Of a stretch of DNA of 64,000 bases, positions 1-10,770 are shown piece by piece. This stretch comes from an uncultured bacterium. GTDB lineage: Bacteria > Verrucomicrobiota > Verrucomicrobiia > Limisphaerales > UBA8199. The stretch spans positions 160,001 to 224,000 of the forward strand of contig CAVVMW010000008.1 of assembly GCA_963749495.1 (NCBI GenBank), read 5' to 3'. The notes beneath the pieces are model-generated. The model saw only the letters and a list, made by a program, of their open reading frames with translations, searched no databases and had not been told where the DNA came from. The first letter of the stretch is position 1, and each line of letters opens with the position of its first letter. Made by a program: the position numbers and the translations under genes.

Positions 1-696
1 TGGCCGATGTGGCCGAAGTGCTAGTGCGCTTGGATGTCCAGGTCTATGCGCCCCAGGGGTCGGCTCGCCTTCTCTGTCCGGGCGTGCCGTGTTCACATTT
101 CTCATGCGGCACGTTGGCACACCGGCAAGCGGAGTTTCAATGTCGCCTGTGTTACCAATTAGTCTTTGGCGACCACTCTCCCAAGATTATCCTCCGATGA
201 CGCGCGATGTACTCGGAGGATTGCATCTGGCGGAAACCTGCTAATGCGCAAATCTCGTTATACGCAGGCGAGTATTGGGGGAACGGCTGTCTGGCGGCGG
301 CCGTAGCCAGCGTCTTCATTTCTCTCTCGGCTGGTGACAGCTTTCGCGTCAGGTTCTCGCGGGTTGCCAGGTAACGAGCGGTGTCGAGCAGTTCCACCCC
401 GCCCCACGACACAGATCGATTGCGCTGCGCACTCACGCCACGAAACAATTCCGTGCCCTTGCACTTGGTTTTCAGTTGGATCCAGCGCAAAGGACCACCG
501 CGCGAGTCTTTCCCGTTATCTCTTTGAAGCCACAAGAGGCGGCTCTCCGCCCAGATTCCGATCGAGTAGGAACATCGTGCGACATGGCTCGTCCGCAAAG
601 GCGACGGGTCCGCGGTTATGGATAAGCTCCTACCCCTGCGCCAGTGGCATAGCCGCGCAGTCCCTGCTGAGCTGAAATGGCCGCCACACAAAAGTC

Positions 697-1376
697 GTGA
701 AAACGAACCTCACGACTACAAACGGGCTTCCAGCCTGGGGCGGCACGTGCAGCGCCGCTGGCCTGCTGGCGGCGTTGACCCTGGAGCAGCGCCAGGACCT
801 CCGCAACTTCGCGGCCAAGCGTCTGGCGCGCGTGGCAAGGGCCCCTCGCGCCGGCGGCTGCTGTCAATAATCTCCTCACCCGAGGACCTCGTCGGCAGAG
901 CCGTCCAGGCCGTCCTGCTGGGCGAGGAGCGGCCCGGCGAGGGCCGGCGGCTGTCGGCCAAGAACCGCCGGTCCACTGCGGCGTTCGTCGCCGGCCTGAG
1001 GAGTGTCGTCGACAGCCAACTCAGCAATCTGACGCGCTCGGCTGAAGCCAACTCCGAGCACGTGCCGGTCGGCACGCGGGAAGACCCCGACGCCGTTGAG
1101 TTGGCTGACCTGTCGGACCTCGCGCGCCTGATCGAGCGCCGGGACCTCAAGGCCGTGTTGTTCAGGCACCTCCGGGAGTGGGCCGCCGGCCACGCCGGGC
1201 TCCTGCGCGTCATTGGTGCCTGGGAGCAGAGCTTCGAAGGGGGCGACCGCATTGGGGAGAGCAGGTTCGACCGGAACCTCGTGCAGCGCGTCCGCTCCGA
1301 GACGCAAGCCTTTCTCTTGAAGCTCGCGCGGGAATCCGACTCGCAGGCCAGGAGCGGCCGGGGGATGGTCTGGTGA
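697..1376 (+). CDS. Hypothetical protein, possibly ECF sigma-factor-like; apparent frameshift near 840-860
   Basis: GTG697 frame gives LTLEQRQDLRNFAAKRLARV; the 618..1376 frame continues with SPEDLVGRAVQAVLLGE...FVAGLRSVVDSQLSNL, reminiscent of sigma region 2. Confidence 0.3.
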
Positions 1377-1587
1377 GCCCCAGTGCTGACGGGGTTCCGG
1401 GTCTGCCCCGCGGACCACCAGGGGCCGGTGCGGATAATTGAGCTTTTCCTAAGACAATTTCCCTCCTCGCCAGCGTACATCCTATGGAGGGGCTTGCGGA
1501 AGGCGGGGGACAAGGCGGGTCGGCGGCCGTTGCCGCCGACCCGCCGCTTCCGCCTCCGAGAGCCAGACCCTCCAAGGAAATCCAAAT

Positions 1588-3047
1588 ATGATGACGCCCC
1601 CGAACCCGCAGCCCGATCCGCTCTACGTCCAGGCCCGCCAAATCCTGGCGGCCAATCCAGGCATGGGCAAAGGCAAGTTGGCAAACCTGCTCGGTGTCAG
1701 GACGCCGACTTCACGGCGCCTGATCCACCGCTACCTCGGCGAGACGCAGGGCCACGCCTCGGACCCGCAGTACGCCCAGGACCGACAACTCCTCGACAAC
1801 AACCCTGGCTGGGGTGCAAATCGCCTGGCGCAGACCATGAGCATCCCCCTCGACCGGGCGAAGGTTATCGTCGCGCGCTACCGGGGCGCGCAGGCGCACC
1901 AGGCAGCCCAAGGAGGCCAAGCCCCACCCGCACCACCGGCGGATAAGGGCGGACACCTGCAGAGCAACGAGTCGCGGGACAACAAGGACCTGTCGTACAC
2001 CGGCGACCACATCACCTCCCTCAACGAGCTGCTGGTGCATGCCGAGGTGGATGAGCGCATCTGGGAAATCGAGCGGCACGTCGTCAACAAGTGGGAGGTG
2101 GGATGCCGGAACCCGTGCACGGGGGAGATCCTCGTGTCCCCGTTATGGCAGATCAAGGTGTGGTTGCGCCGGCGCGTCGGGATGCGCATCGAGGATACGC
2201 TCCGACAGTTGCTCGCCGAGTTTGCCGCGGCCGCGCCAGTGCGCCCACCGGTGCCCCCGCGCCAGGGCACCAGCGGGGTCCTCGAGATCAGCATCTTCGA
2301 CCTGCACGGCGGAGGCTACGGCAACGCCTTGGAAACCGGCGCGGCTTACGACCTGCAGATCACCCGGAGCACGTTCTGGCGCGCGATGGACGACTTGCTG
2401 GAGAGGGCGCGGGGCTTGAGGCCGGAGCGCATCCTGTTCCCGATAGGCAACGACTACTACAACGTGGATGGCAGCGACCGGGCCACCGCAAACGGGACGC
2501 CGCAAGACGAGGCGGTGAGGTGGAACGAGAGCTTCCTCGCCGGCCGCAAGCTCCTCGTCGAGGCGATCGAGGCCCTCCGCGAATCGCCCCTGTGACCGTA
2601 CCGGTGATCAGCGGGAACCATGACCAGACCCGGATCTTCTACACGGGGCACGCCCTGCATTGCTGGTTCAGGAATACGCCCGACGTGACCATCGACAACG
2701 GATTCCAGACGAGAAAGTACTTCTGCTACGGCCGCAACTTGATCGGATTTTGCCACGGCCATCTGGAGCCCCATGCCAACCTTCCCCTTATTATGGCGAC
2801 CGAACAGAAGGAGGCCTGGTCAACGGCAAAATTCTTGGAGTGGCACGTCGGGCACTGGCACACGCGCAAGCGGAAGGTGTTCCTGCCCCTCGAGGACCAG
2901 CACGGCGTGGTCGTACGGGTCATACCGTCGCTCTGCCCCCCAAACGCGTGGGCAAAGAGCATGGGCTACCTGGGGCAGAGGGCGGCAACCGCGATATTCT
3001 GGGACCCGGAGCAGGGGCCGGTCGCCGAGTTCCTGCACGCGCCCTAA
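1588..3047 (+). CDS. Phage-type calcineurin-like metallophosphoesterase with two N-terminal HTH-like repeats; 1-bp frameshift at ~2582
   Basis: Motifs DLH, GND, GNHD, HGH and GHWH are spread over ORFs 1588..2595 and 2091..3047; adding one A at gaatcgcc restores ...ALRE-IAPVTVPVISGNHD. Confidence 0.75.
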
Positions 3048-3076
3048 ATGGCGGGAAACAGAGGCCTACAAACCTA

Positions 3077-3483
3077 TGGTGCGCGTTGAGCATGGCAGGG
3101 TTTTCATCCAGGTCCACTGGAGCGGGCGCCGGCGCTCCCCCTGGGATGTGACGAGGGTACGCCGCATCCTCCGCAGGGCGCCGGTGTACTCCGCCTGGGC
3201 GACGCCGGACGGGACCGCCGATCCCGTGATGCGGCTCATGCCATGCGTCATCGTCCTGCGGCGCGCGGACGACTGGGGCGCCGGCGTGGCGATCGTCCTG
3301 TGCGGGCACCCGGCCTGCACCACGCCCCTCGGCCCCATCCTGGCCGCCCTCAAGCTCGCCGCAGACCACGAGATCATCAACCGATACACCCTGGGCATCG
3401 CGCTGGCGGGGGTGCGCCGGTGCCTGGATGCGCTCGCAGAGCAAAACCTGAGAAACATGAAAACAAGAAGCACAAGGACATGA
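3077..3483 (+). CDS. Hypothetical protein
   Basis: ORF from MVRVEHG, directly after the phosphoesterase; ATGA overlap with the next gene. Confidence 0.45.
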
Positions 3484-3887
3484 TGCGCATCGAATACTCG
3501 GACATGCGGGGGGTGCGGGTCGTTTGCGTCGCCTGGAATGGCGTGAGCGAGCCCGTATTCGAGGCGAAGCAGAGGCCGTTGCACAGCGTCCCGTTATTCT
3601 TGGGGCACATCGCCTTGCCCGCGGGAGGGGGCGGAGGGGAGGAGCGCATCCCCATCGCCGCCGTCCTGCCAGCGGGCTCGGACGGCGAGCCCGACTGGCG
3701 CCGGGGTTGCGGCGTCCTGATCGGCCAGAACGTCAGCGATGACGCCTGCCCGGAGGAGGGCAAGACATCGATCTTCGACTGCATGGTCAAGGCCGTGGTG
3801 TTAGCGGAGGAGCATGGGATCATAGGCGCCAAGGCCGCCGAGGGCGCCAAGTACGAAATCACCGGGCTGGCCGGGATAAAGAACTAG
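3480..3887 (+). CDS. Hypothetical protein
   Basis: MMRIEYSD... begins at an ATGA overlap; similar length and C-terminal layout to the preceding ORF. Confidence 0.5.
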   Translation: MMRIEYSDMRGVRVVCVAWNGVSEPVFEAKQRPLHSVPLFLGHIALPAGGGGGEERIPIAAVLPAGSDGEPDWRRGCGVLIGQNVSDDACPEEGKTSIFDCMVKAVVLAEEHGIIGAKAAEGAKYEITGLAGIKN

Positions 3888-3912
3888 CGCATGAAAGCTA
3901 AATCCAGCAGAC

Positions 3913-4407
3913 ATGACCTTCCAGCTGATAGTCTACCCCCAAGATGACGAAGCGCGCCGCTGGGCACCGCTCTGGGTCATGATCCACGGGCGCCTGCGGG
4001 GCCGGGCGGATTTCGCCCTGACCTGCAACGGCGAGGACATGAGCGCGAGCTGGGACGGCGAGACCCTCCGCTTCGAGAGATCGCTCACGTTCGAATTGGG
4101 GATGGACACGATAAAGATCCTCAACGAACTGGACAGGGAGGACATCCCGCCGGCTATGGCCGCCGCCCTCGACGCCCTCCGCTCCTCGGGCTCCGAGGCT
4201 GAGGTCGAAACCTGCGGCATCTGCGGCTTGATCATGCCCGCCTCCCTCGCCAAGCCCTTCTCGGTTCACGCGTGCCCCAAGTGCGTCGGCGATGCGCACG
4301 TCACGAAATACAAGAAGCTCTGCGCGCGGCCCGAAGACGACCCGGATCCCGAGGAGTGCGAGCCGCCCGATGCGCCCCCGGAGGACGAGGACGATCCGCC
4401 CTTTTAG
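3913..4407 (+). CDS. Hypothetical protein with C-terminal zinc ribbon and acidic tail
   Basis: CGIC...CPKC motif; ends in EDEDDPPF. Confidence 0.6.
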   Translation: MTFQLIVYPQDDEARRWAPLWVMIHGRLRGRADFALTCNGEDMSASWDGETLRFERSLTFELGMDTIKILNELDREDIPPAMAAALDALRSSGSEAEVETCGICGLIMPASLAKPFSVHACPKCVGDAHVTKYKKLCARPEDDPDPEECEPPDAPPEDEDDPPF

Positions 4408-4683
4408 CAGTTAGGGCTCACCCTTCTTACCCAGCCCGTACAAAAAAGGGGCCTGCGGAACCTACGGAACCTAGGTGACCGTCCGGCGACGCTGGAGGTG
4501 CGGCGGGTACTTCGACCATTGGCGCTCCTCGCGGCTCTTGACCGGCGGGTGACTCGCCTTCACAGGGCGGAATTGCGCCACACATAAGGCGAGTGGATCG
4601 GTTGGCTTCACTGGTCCTCCTCGAAGGCGAAGTAAAACCGGGGTTGCGCTCTTGATTCGGCACAATGGATTCGGCGCTCATCG

Positions 4684-5569
4684 TCACTCCAGCTTGTGCT
4701 CTGGGTCAAAATGAGGCAGGGAAGCAGGGTCATCCGGAACACCTTCGACCAGGATCATGTTGCCGGTATAACCCGCGAATGCCTGGTGAACGAACTCCAG
4801 CCAGTATCCCAGCCATTTGCCGTTTTTCAGATAGTTTCGTAGCGGATGCGCACCACCAGATTCTGAAGACAAGCGGCGCTGAAGGAAGTCCTCCCATGTG
4901 CGGCGAGAGCTGTCCCTGAACACGTAGGGCGTGCTCATGGTCACTGACCGGCTGAGCCCTTCGACAAACGGAGGCAGCACTCGGACGTACCAGATCTCGC
5001 CCTTGAGACCTGCATACCCACTGCTGCTCCAGCATCGACCTTCCTGTTTGCCGGCGATGTCCCAGAGCTTTGATCCCTGGGCGTCAACATCCAGCACCTC
5101 GTAGAATGAGCAAACGGAGTCGTTCAGCGCGGCCATGGCCTTCTCAACGCAATCGAATGTGCCCACGTGCTGGAGGTAGTGGACGAACACCTCGCCGACG
5201 GTCATCCCGGTTGAATCATCTCGCGCGTCCAAAACCATCCAGGCTGCGAAGAAGGCCGACGTGACCGGGCTCATAGGCGGGTAGCTTGGCATGTATCCCT
5301 CCTGAATGTCGGCGATCAGATTGTTGAATGGAATCAAATCCGGGAAGCCCAGAGCCTGACTGACCGGCGAATTCACTGGCCGTATTGAGAGCGGCAGCGT
5401 AGGCGTGAAAACTGGGGTCTCCTCGTTTGGTGTTGGCGTAAGTCCCCTCATAAATGGACTTCAGCAGCTCCAGGTCCGCCTCGCTCTGCTCAAAGGTGAA
5501 CTGCTCTCGCAGAACCTCTCCCAGAAGCCGCTCGGCCCTTCGGTTCCGTTTGCTTTTTCGCGCTGGCAT
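4684..5569 (-). CDS. Hypothetical protein (one gene with a frameshift near 5360)
   Basis: The N-terminus of ORF 5216..5569 and the body of ORF 4684..5451 (YMPSYPPMSPVTSAFF) join into one protein. Confidence 0.55.
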
Positions 5570-5574
5570 ACAGG

Positions 5575-6187
5575 TCAGCTCGTTCCAATTTCCATTTGTG
5601 GCGCAGGCCCCGTCGTTCTCGGTCCGGTCAACCAGGGGGGAGGCTCACAGGGCTTTGACCATGTTCGCTGCGCTCCCACGATCCGCGAGCACTTCCTCAG
5701 TCGCACCAGTCGTCTCCTCCATTCCGCGTTGCACTTTTGCCCAAGATCCGATTCTGTCAACCGCTTCACTGCTGACCAGAACCCCTTAATCCCCACACAG
5801 CGAACATCCAGTAATGGCGTAATCAGGTATCCCGGCTTCGCGTGGTTCTTCTCGGAAATCACCCACTCCATGAATTCCCGCATGCTCATCTCCTCGATTT
5901 TGTACCCTTCCCACCACGACCTCAAGGCAGTATCTGTAATGGGCATCAAAAGAAGGGCATCCAGCACGTCGGCCACCTTCCGCTTTTTGTCGAGGTCATC
6001 AGCACGGCGAAACTCCTCAAGCAGCTCGCCACTTCTCCGAAACGCCTCTTCGTCAGCCTTGAGTTTGCCAAAAACCAATCGCACCGCTTGGATTGATATG
6101 CCGAAAGTTGACGCAATGTCGGCCTGGGAAGCCCCGGCTTCTTGCATCTGACGAATCTTCACGTTGCGGTCGCGGCAAGTTCTCATG
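5575..6187 (-). CDS. HTH protein with possible helix-hairpin-helix (RNAP alpha-CTD-like) region
   Basis: GASQADIASTFGISIQAV is HTH-like; LLDVRCVGIKGF is HhH-like. Confidence 0.5.
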
Positions 6188-6233
6188 CTTTCTTCCACGC
6201 GGCTGACCCGGAAAGACCACAGAACGTCTCCAT

Positions 6234-6725
6234 TCACTCCTTCGGCTCCCTGACCTCCAGCGCCGGTCTTCGATGGACCTCTTCCTCTGGCGTAAATTCA
6301 ATCCGCATCCCCCAGCCCGAAAAGGTGCAGATCAGCTTGCCAAATTCATGCCAGGTCAATTCCTTCCCATCAATCTCGATCACCGGCTCCCTCTCGCGGT
6401 CTTTCTCCGTGTCGCCGACCACGCACCTCAACACATCACCCCGAGGAGACCACTGGTTGCAGGACGGGTGGAATTCGATTTGAGCCGAGCCAAGGGGAGT
6501 TTCAATGGCCACGTATTCGTTGTTCCTGACCAACTCGGCATCGGCCTTCAGCATGTCGTTATAGAGGTCGAGAATCTCCTGGTCCGTCATCTCCGCCATC
6601 CTGGGGCCGATTTGCAGGCTGGTTTCGCCAAAGTCCGGGTCCTTGTACTTGATGTGGGCGTAGAGGTCGTCGCGGGTAATGATGACTTCGTTGAGGCTGT
6701 AAACGATGGGGCGAGGTTTTCTCAT
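6234..6725 (-). CDS. Conserved hypothetical protein
   Basis: Clean 163-aa ORF with globular composition (IEIDGKELTWHEFGKLICTFSGWGMRIEF). Confidence 0.65.
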   Translation of the reverse strand: MRKPRPIVYSLNEVIITRDDLYAHIKYKDPDFGETSLQIGPRMAEMTDQEILDLYNDMLKADAELVRNNEYVAIETPLGSAQIEFHPSCNQWSPRGDVLRCVVGDTEKDREREPVIEIDGKELTWHEFGKLICTFSGWGMRIEFTPEEEVHRRPALEVREPKE

Positions 6726-6868
6726 TCAGGTCCTCTGTCGTTTGGCGGTCTTGATGTTGTCGTGGCCAGAGGGGAGAATAGATTATCGGTCCTCGTTGGA
6801 CAAGCAGATTTCGAGCCATTTTGGTCCTTGAATTCTCCAACGCCCGCGCCAATAATTATGCAGGAATT

Positions 6869-7243
6869 ATGAGCACCGAGAGTGAACACGTGTGGGACGG
6901 GACCGGAGAGAAGGCAACCAAGGCGTTCGAGCGGAAGCGTGCGGAGTGGCGTCAACGAGACTGGATGACCTGGCTCCCCGACAACCTGAGCTTTCCCTTT
7001 ACTGCAACCAGGAGGGACGATGCGCATTTTCACGAGGACGACGCCGAGGATCCTTTTCGCCTCGGCCACACGATGCAGGTTCTAGGTCTGGAGTTGGAGG
7101 ATGACCTGTACGGCGTGATTGTGAAGGTGCGAGAAAAGCGTCGGGTCGGTGCCGTTCCACTCTGCGACATGGAGGTGGAGCCCAAAACCGACAAGAATTA
7201 CTGGCCGGTCAGGGAGTACGTTGTCTGGTTTGCGAATCGCTGA
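6869..7243 (+). CDS. CcbP-like calcium-binding family protein
   Basis: LSFPFTA...DDLYGVIV...VPLCDME...NYWPVREYVVWFANR matches the family as I recall it. Confidence 0.7.
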   Translation: MSTESEHVWDGTGEKATKAFERKRAEWRQRDWMTWLPDNLSFPFTATRRDDAHFHEDDAEDPFRLGHTMQVLGLELEDDLYGVIVKVREKRRVGAVPLCDMEVEPKTDKNYWPVREYVVWFANR

Positions 7244-7248
7244 AATTC

Positions 7249-7575
7249 ATGGAAACGGCTTTCGTAGGCAAGTGGCGGATCACAGAGATGGAACAATGGG
7301 ACCAGGACTACGTCGATGAGGAGGAGCCTGGCCATATCAGCTTCGAGAAGAAAGGGGAGGGCCACTTTCACTTCGGATACGTGCATGCTTACCTGGACTG
7401 GCGCTATGATCCTGCCATTGATCGCGTGGATTTTTCCTTCGAGGGCTCTTGTGAGGGAGACGAAATGAACGGCAGAGGCTGGGCGAAGATCGAGGGAAAG
7501 GGCAAGCAATTGGTCGGCCAAATCGTCTTTCAGCAGGGCGACGAATCCGGGTTCAAGGCGAGAAAGGGAAGGTGA
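7249..7575 (+). CDS. Conserved hypothetical beta-barrel protein
   Basis: FVGKWRITEMEQWDQDY...FEGSCEGDEMNGRGW...QGDESGFKA; spaced as in an operon. Confidence 0.7.
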   Translation: METAFVGKWRITEMEQWDQDYVDEEEPGHISFEKKGEGHFHFGYVHAYLDWRYDPAIDRVDFSFEGSCEGDEMNGRGWAKIEGKGKQLVGQIVFQQGDESGFKARKGR

Positions 7576-7578
7576 ATT

Positions 7579-7971
7579 ATGGCCAAAGCGGTTAATCTCG
7601 AAAAGCTGAAGAAGGACATGGAACGTTGGCCGAAGTCGTGGGCGGGGTTTGATTCGGACATCCCAATCGGCAAGGAGATCGTCGATACCATGCGTCTCTT
7701 CTTGTCGGCGATGGTGGAGGATCAACTCTCATACACCACGATCAACCGGCACATGGGCAATCTCTGGCTTTTGGGCGGCGAGATCATTTACCGTGTCAAC
7801 ACCGACCCGGAACTAAAGGACTTGGATGGTAAGCAGTTGCTGTTGCAATCTGTCGATGAACAGGGCGGCCCATATTCCAGACACCTTGCGACCGAGGAAG
7901 AGCAACGGGCTTTCGACGCCACGTGCAAGAAGCTGTACCGGTTCCTGATCCAAAGGCCGGGTCCAACGTGA
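7579..7971 (+). CDS. Conserved hypothetical protein
   Basis: 130-aa ORF 3 bp after the previous gene. Confidence 0.65.
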   Translation: MAKAVNLEKLKKDMERWPKSWAGFDSDIPIGKEIVDTMRLFLSAMVEDQLSYTTINRHMGNLWLLGGEIIYRVNTDPELKDLDGKQLLLQSVDEQGGPYSRHLATEEEQRAFDATCKKLYRFLIQRPGPT

Positions 7972-8474
7972 TGAAATCCTTCCCCATCTCGTCAATAATC
8001 CTGGCCCTCCTCTACGCGTGCTTCATGGGCTACTGGGCCTGGTCTGGTTCAGAGTTGCCGGAGAGAGTGGCGACCCATTTCAACGCCCACGGTGAGCCAA
8101 ATGGATGGATGAGCCGTTCCACCAATCAGACGTTCATGCTGGTTTTCGGCCTGGTTTTCCCCCTGCTGATCGTGCTCCTGAGCTACGCCACTCGATTTAT
8201 GCCACGCGGTCCGGTCAACATTCCCCACCGAGACTATTGGCTGGCTCCTGAAAGACGAAGAGAAACGTCAAATTACCTGGTCCGCGGGTCTCTTTGGCTG
8301 GCGTGTCTGGCGGTCTGTTTTGTGATTGGGCTTCAGTTCGCCATAGTCCAGGCCAACAAACAGAATCCGCCACACTCTTCCCTGTCGTTGATCTGGGGTA
8401 TAGTCGTTCCGTTCTTGGCAGGCACGATAATTTGGGTGGTGGTCCTGATTCGACGGTTTCGGCAGGTCCCTTGA
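7971..8474 (+). CDS. DUF1648-domain membrane protein
   Basis: LPERVATHFNAHGEPNGW motif; four hydrophobic segments. Confidence 0.8.
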   Translation: MKSFPISSIILALLYACFMGYWAWSGSELPERVATHFNAHGEPNGWMSRSTNQTFMLVFGLVFPLLIVLLSYATRFMPRGPVNIPHRDYWLAPERRRETSNYLVRGSLWLACLAVCFVIGLQFAIVQANKQNPPHSSLSLIWGIVVPFLAGTIIWVVVLIRRFRQVP

Positions 8475-8545
8475 CGCTTTCCCGAGAGTTGCGGGACCAC
8501 TGGCACTGGACCGCCGTTCCACCTCAAGCACATGGCAACAGGTCT

Positions 8546-8923
8546 TTACCGGATCTGCAGGGCGATGGAGATCTGCTTGATGGCTTGATTGACGTGCTTC
8601 AAGGGCTTTCCAGTCAATCCGCCACGGGCTTGCTGCAACATCAATTGAGCAATGCGGAGTTGGTCGTCAGAAACCCCCTGCGGTTCGTGGCTCTTACTGT
8701 CAGCCCAGACATTGATGCCCATGGATTTGCCAGCCGCTCTGATCTGACGCATGGCCGCCACCCGGTGACCTTTGTAGTCATGGTTGGCTCGGCCGAGAAC
8801 GGTGTAGGCCTGGGTCAGCAGGTCACCTGGCAACGCAGGGCCGGCCAAGATGTGCAGACTGAACCCGAGCAGCAAGCAGGCGATAATCATGCCCTCGAAA
8901 GAACGAAGAAGAGGCGTTTTCAT
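8546..8923 (-). CDS. Secreted helical hypothetical protein
   Basis: Signal-peptide-like N-terminus; ANHDYKGHRVAAM motif. Confidence 0.65.
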   Translation of the reverse strand: MKTPLLRSFEGMIIACLLLGFSLHILAGPALPGDLLTQAYTVLGRANHDYKGHRVAAMRQIRAAGKSMGINVWADSKSHEPQGVSDDQLRIAQLMLQQARGGLTGKPLKHVNQAIKQISIALQIR

Positions 8924-9231
8924 ATGAACTTTAACTACATTGCCTTACCAGACGCTCGATTTCAAGGCACGGTTACGGGCAGGTCTTGAACCCCTTCCCA
9001 ATTGCTCTGCCAGGGCGCCTTCCTCAGTGAACGAGCCCCCTTGCCATGGCGCAGGAGGACGAACGGAAGAGACAAACAGTCGCCACGGCAAGGGGCTGGA
9101 GCGGTGTCATCAGTGGAGATTGGCTTGTGTGTGCCCAACCGCCAATGCACGACGGGATCAGAATCTCACCCACGAAAGACCAAGGCGCAACACCCCATTG
9201 ACGAGCATTGCGCCTTTCCAAAATCTACGGC

Positions 9232-9696
9232 CTAAAATGGCAGCTTCTCCGCCTTCTTGGCTTTGGCCCATCTCCTCTTGGCCGCCAGGGACATCGCCCT
9301 TCTCCCGGCCGCACTGATGTTCCTCTTCTTCTTCGGCTTTCCTTCCTCTGTTGCCGGGGCTGTTTCGGGTTGAGCTTCGCCCCTCTTTGCCGCCCACCTT
9401 GCCTTCGCAGCAGCACTGATGGCTGCACGACCCTCTGGACTAAGCTTCTTCCTCTTCTTCCGGCCCCTCTTTGCTGGTCCTGTTGTCGTGGCCAGTTCAG
9501 GAGCAGTCTCGATCTTGGCCATCCGCTTCCTCCTCTTGCGCCTTCCATTCTTTGGCGTCCGAGTTTCTTTGGTGACGAACGGAACAGGTATTTCGTTGCC
9601 CAGGATTTCGTTGAGTTCGTCCCGCAGTCCCAAGATCTTCTCCTGGAGGTCCGCGGCTTTTCGTAGCTGCTGTGGTGTCAATTCGGTGGTGTTCAT
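9232..9696 (-). CDS. Basic, histone-H1-like putative DNA-binding protein
   Basis: K/R-rich; two repeats of KR-x-S-x-x-GR-A-x-S-x-AAK-x-RWA. Confidence 0.7.
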   Translation of the reverse strand: MNTTELTPQQLRKAADLQEKILGLRDELNEILGNEIPVPFVTKETRTPKNGRRKRRKRMAKIETAPELATTTGPAKRGRKKRKKLSPEGRAAISAAAKARWAAKRGEAQPETAPATEEGKPKKKRNISAAGRRAMSLAAKRRWAKAKKAEKLPF

Positions 9697-9711
9697 AGGG
9701 GAGGTTTGGGT

Positions 9712-9999
9712 TTACTTGCTGCCCAGAATCGCGTCTTTGGCTGCCTTGGCGACACGGAACTTCACGACTCGCTTTGCAGGGATCTTGATCGATTCGCCTG
9801 TTGCAGGATTTCGACCCATCCGAGCCTTGCGATTCACGAGGACCAGCTTGCCCAGTCCAGGAAGGGTGAAGGTGTTCTTGGCGTTCTTGCAGGCCAGCGC
9901 GACCAGGGCTTCCAAGGTCTGCACGGCTTGTTTCTTGGTGACTCCGACCGTTTCAGCCAGAGATGCTGTAATCTGAGATTTGGTTAGTGCGTTTGCCAT
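9712..9999 (-). CDS. hup: HU family DNA-binding protein
   Basis: LPGLGKL...RKARMGRNPATGESIKIPAKRVVKFRVAK. Confidence 0.92.
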   Translation of the reverse strand: MANALTKSQITASLAETVGVTKKQAVQTLEALVALACKNAKNTFTLPGLGKLVLVNRKARMGRNPATGESIKIPAKRVVKFRVAKAAKDAILGSK

Positions 10000-10056
10000 A
10001 TTGGTGCAGCGTGTGGAAAAAGGGCTGAAAAGTCAAGCGTTTCGTGCAAATCCGAG

Positions 10057-10770
10057 TTGAATCGAAGCAGCAGAAGCCTCAACCTTGTCCTGAATGTGAG
10101 ATGTGAGCTGTCATTTCGTGTCGGGTGCCTTTGTGAGCTGGCGTTGCTGGTCCTGGCCGTGCTCTGGGGCTGGGTCTTTCACCGACATGCTCTCCTGGAC
10201 CTGCATTGGCGCCTTGAAGATGTCCTGATCGGAATTGTCGCCTCCATTCCCCCCTTCGTCTTCTTTCTCTGGACGTTGAAATCGAACCTCCGGGTGTTTT
10301 CTCGTCACCGGTATTTATTCGGGTCTTTACTGCGCCCCATATTCGGAACCTGGTCCATCCTGCAACTCGCCATCATCTCCCTACTCGCCGGCATTTGTGA
10401 GGAGGCGTTGTTTCGATGGGCCATTCAAGGAAGCCTGGCAGAACATGTCGGCGGTCCTCTGGCGCTGGTTTTGGCGTCGGTGCTGTTTGGCGCCGTCCAT
10501 CCGCTCACCTGGACCTACGCCATCATCGCCACACTGATCGGGGCGTATCTCGGCGTGCTCTGGGTGTGGACCGGAAACCTGCTGACGCCAATGGTCACCC
10601 ACACCGTCTATGATTTCTTGGCCTTGCTGTACTTTTTGAGGGATCGGCAGTTGTTCCCAGATGACGGCCAAGACGCTGTAGGGTGCAGAAATTCATCCGC
10701 CTCTCCACGAAGCACAGACCGCGTTTTGAATTCGCGCGGTTTGCTGGTGGCGGTATGTTCTCGCCGATGA
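10057..10770 (+). CDS. CPBP (Abi/CAAX-like) intramembrane metalloprotease; both ends uncertain
   Basis: EEALFR, FGAVH and HTVYD motifs. Confidence 0.8.
   Translation: MNRSSRSLNLVLNVRCELSFRVGCLCELALLVLAVLWGWVFHRHALLDLHWRLEDVLIGIVASIPPFVFFLWTLKSNLRVFSRHRYLFGSLLRPIFGTWSILQLAIISLLAGICEEALFRWAIQGSLAEHVGGPLALVLASVLFGAVHPLTWTYAIIATLIGAYLGVLWVWTGNLLTPMVTHTVYDFLALLYFLRDRQLFPDDGQDAVGCRNSSASPRSTDRVLNSRGLLVAVCSRR

Noticed and set aside
2575..2595. Programmed ribosomal frameshift
   Set aside because: No slippery heptamer is present, and similar indels occur in core genes.
4410..4683. Possible ncRNA or att site between convergent blocks
   Set aside because: No recognisable tRNA, riboswitch or direct repeat by eye.
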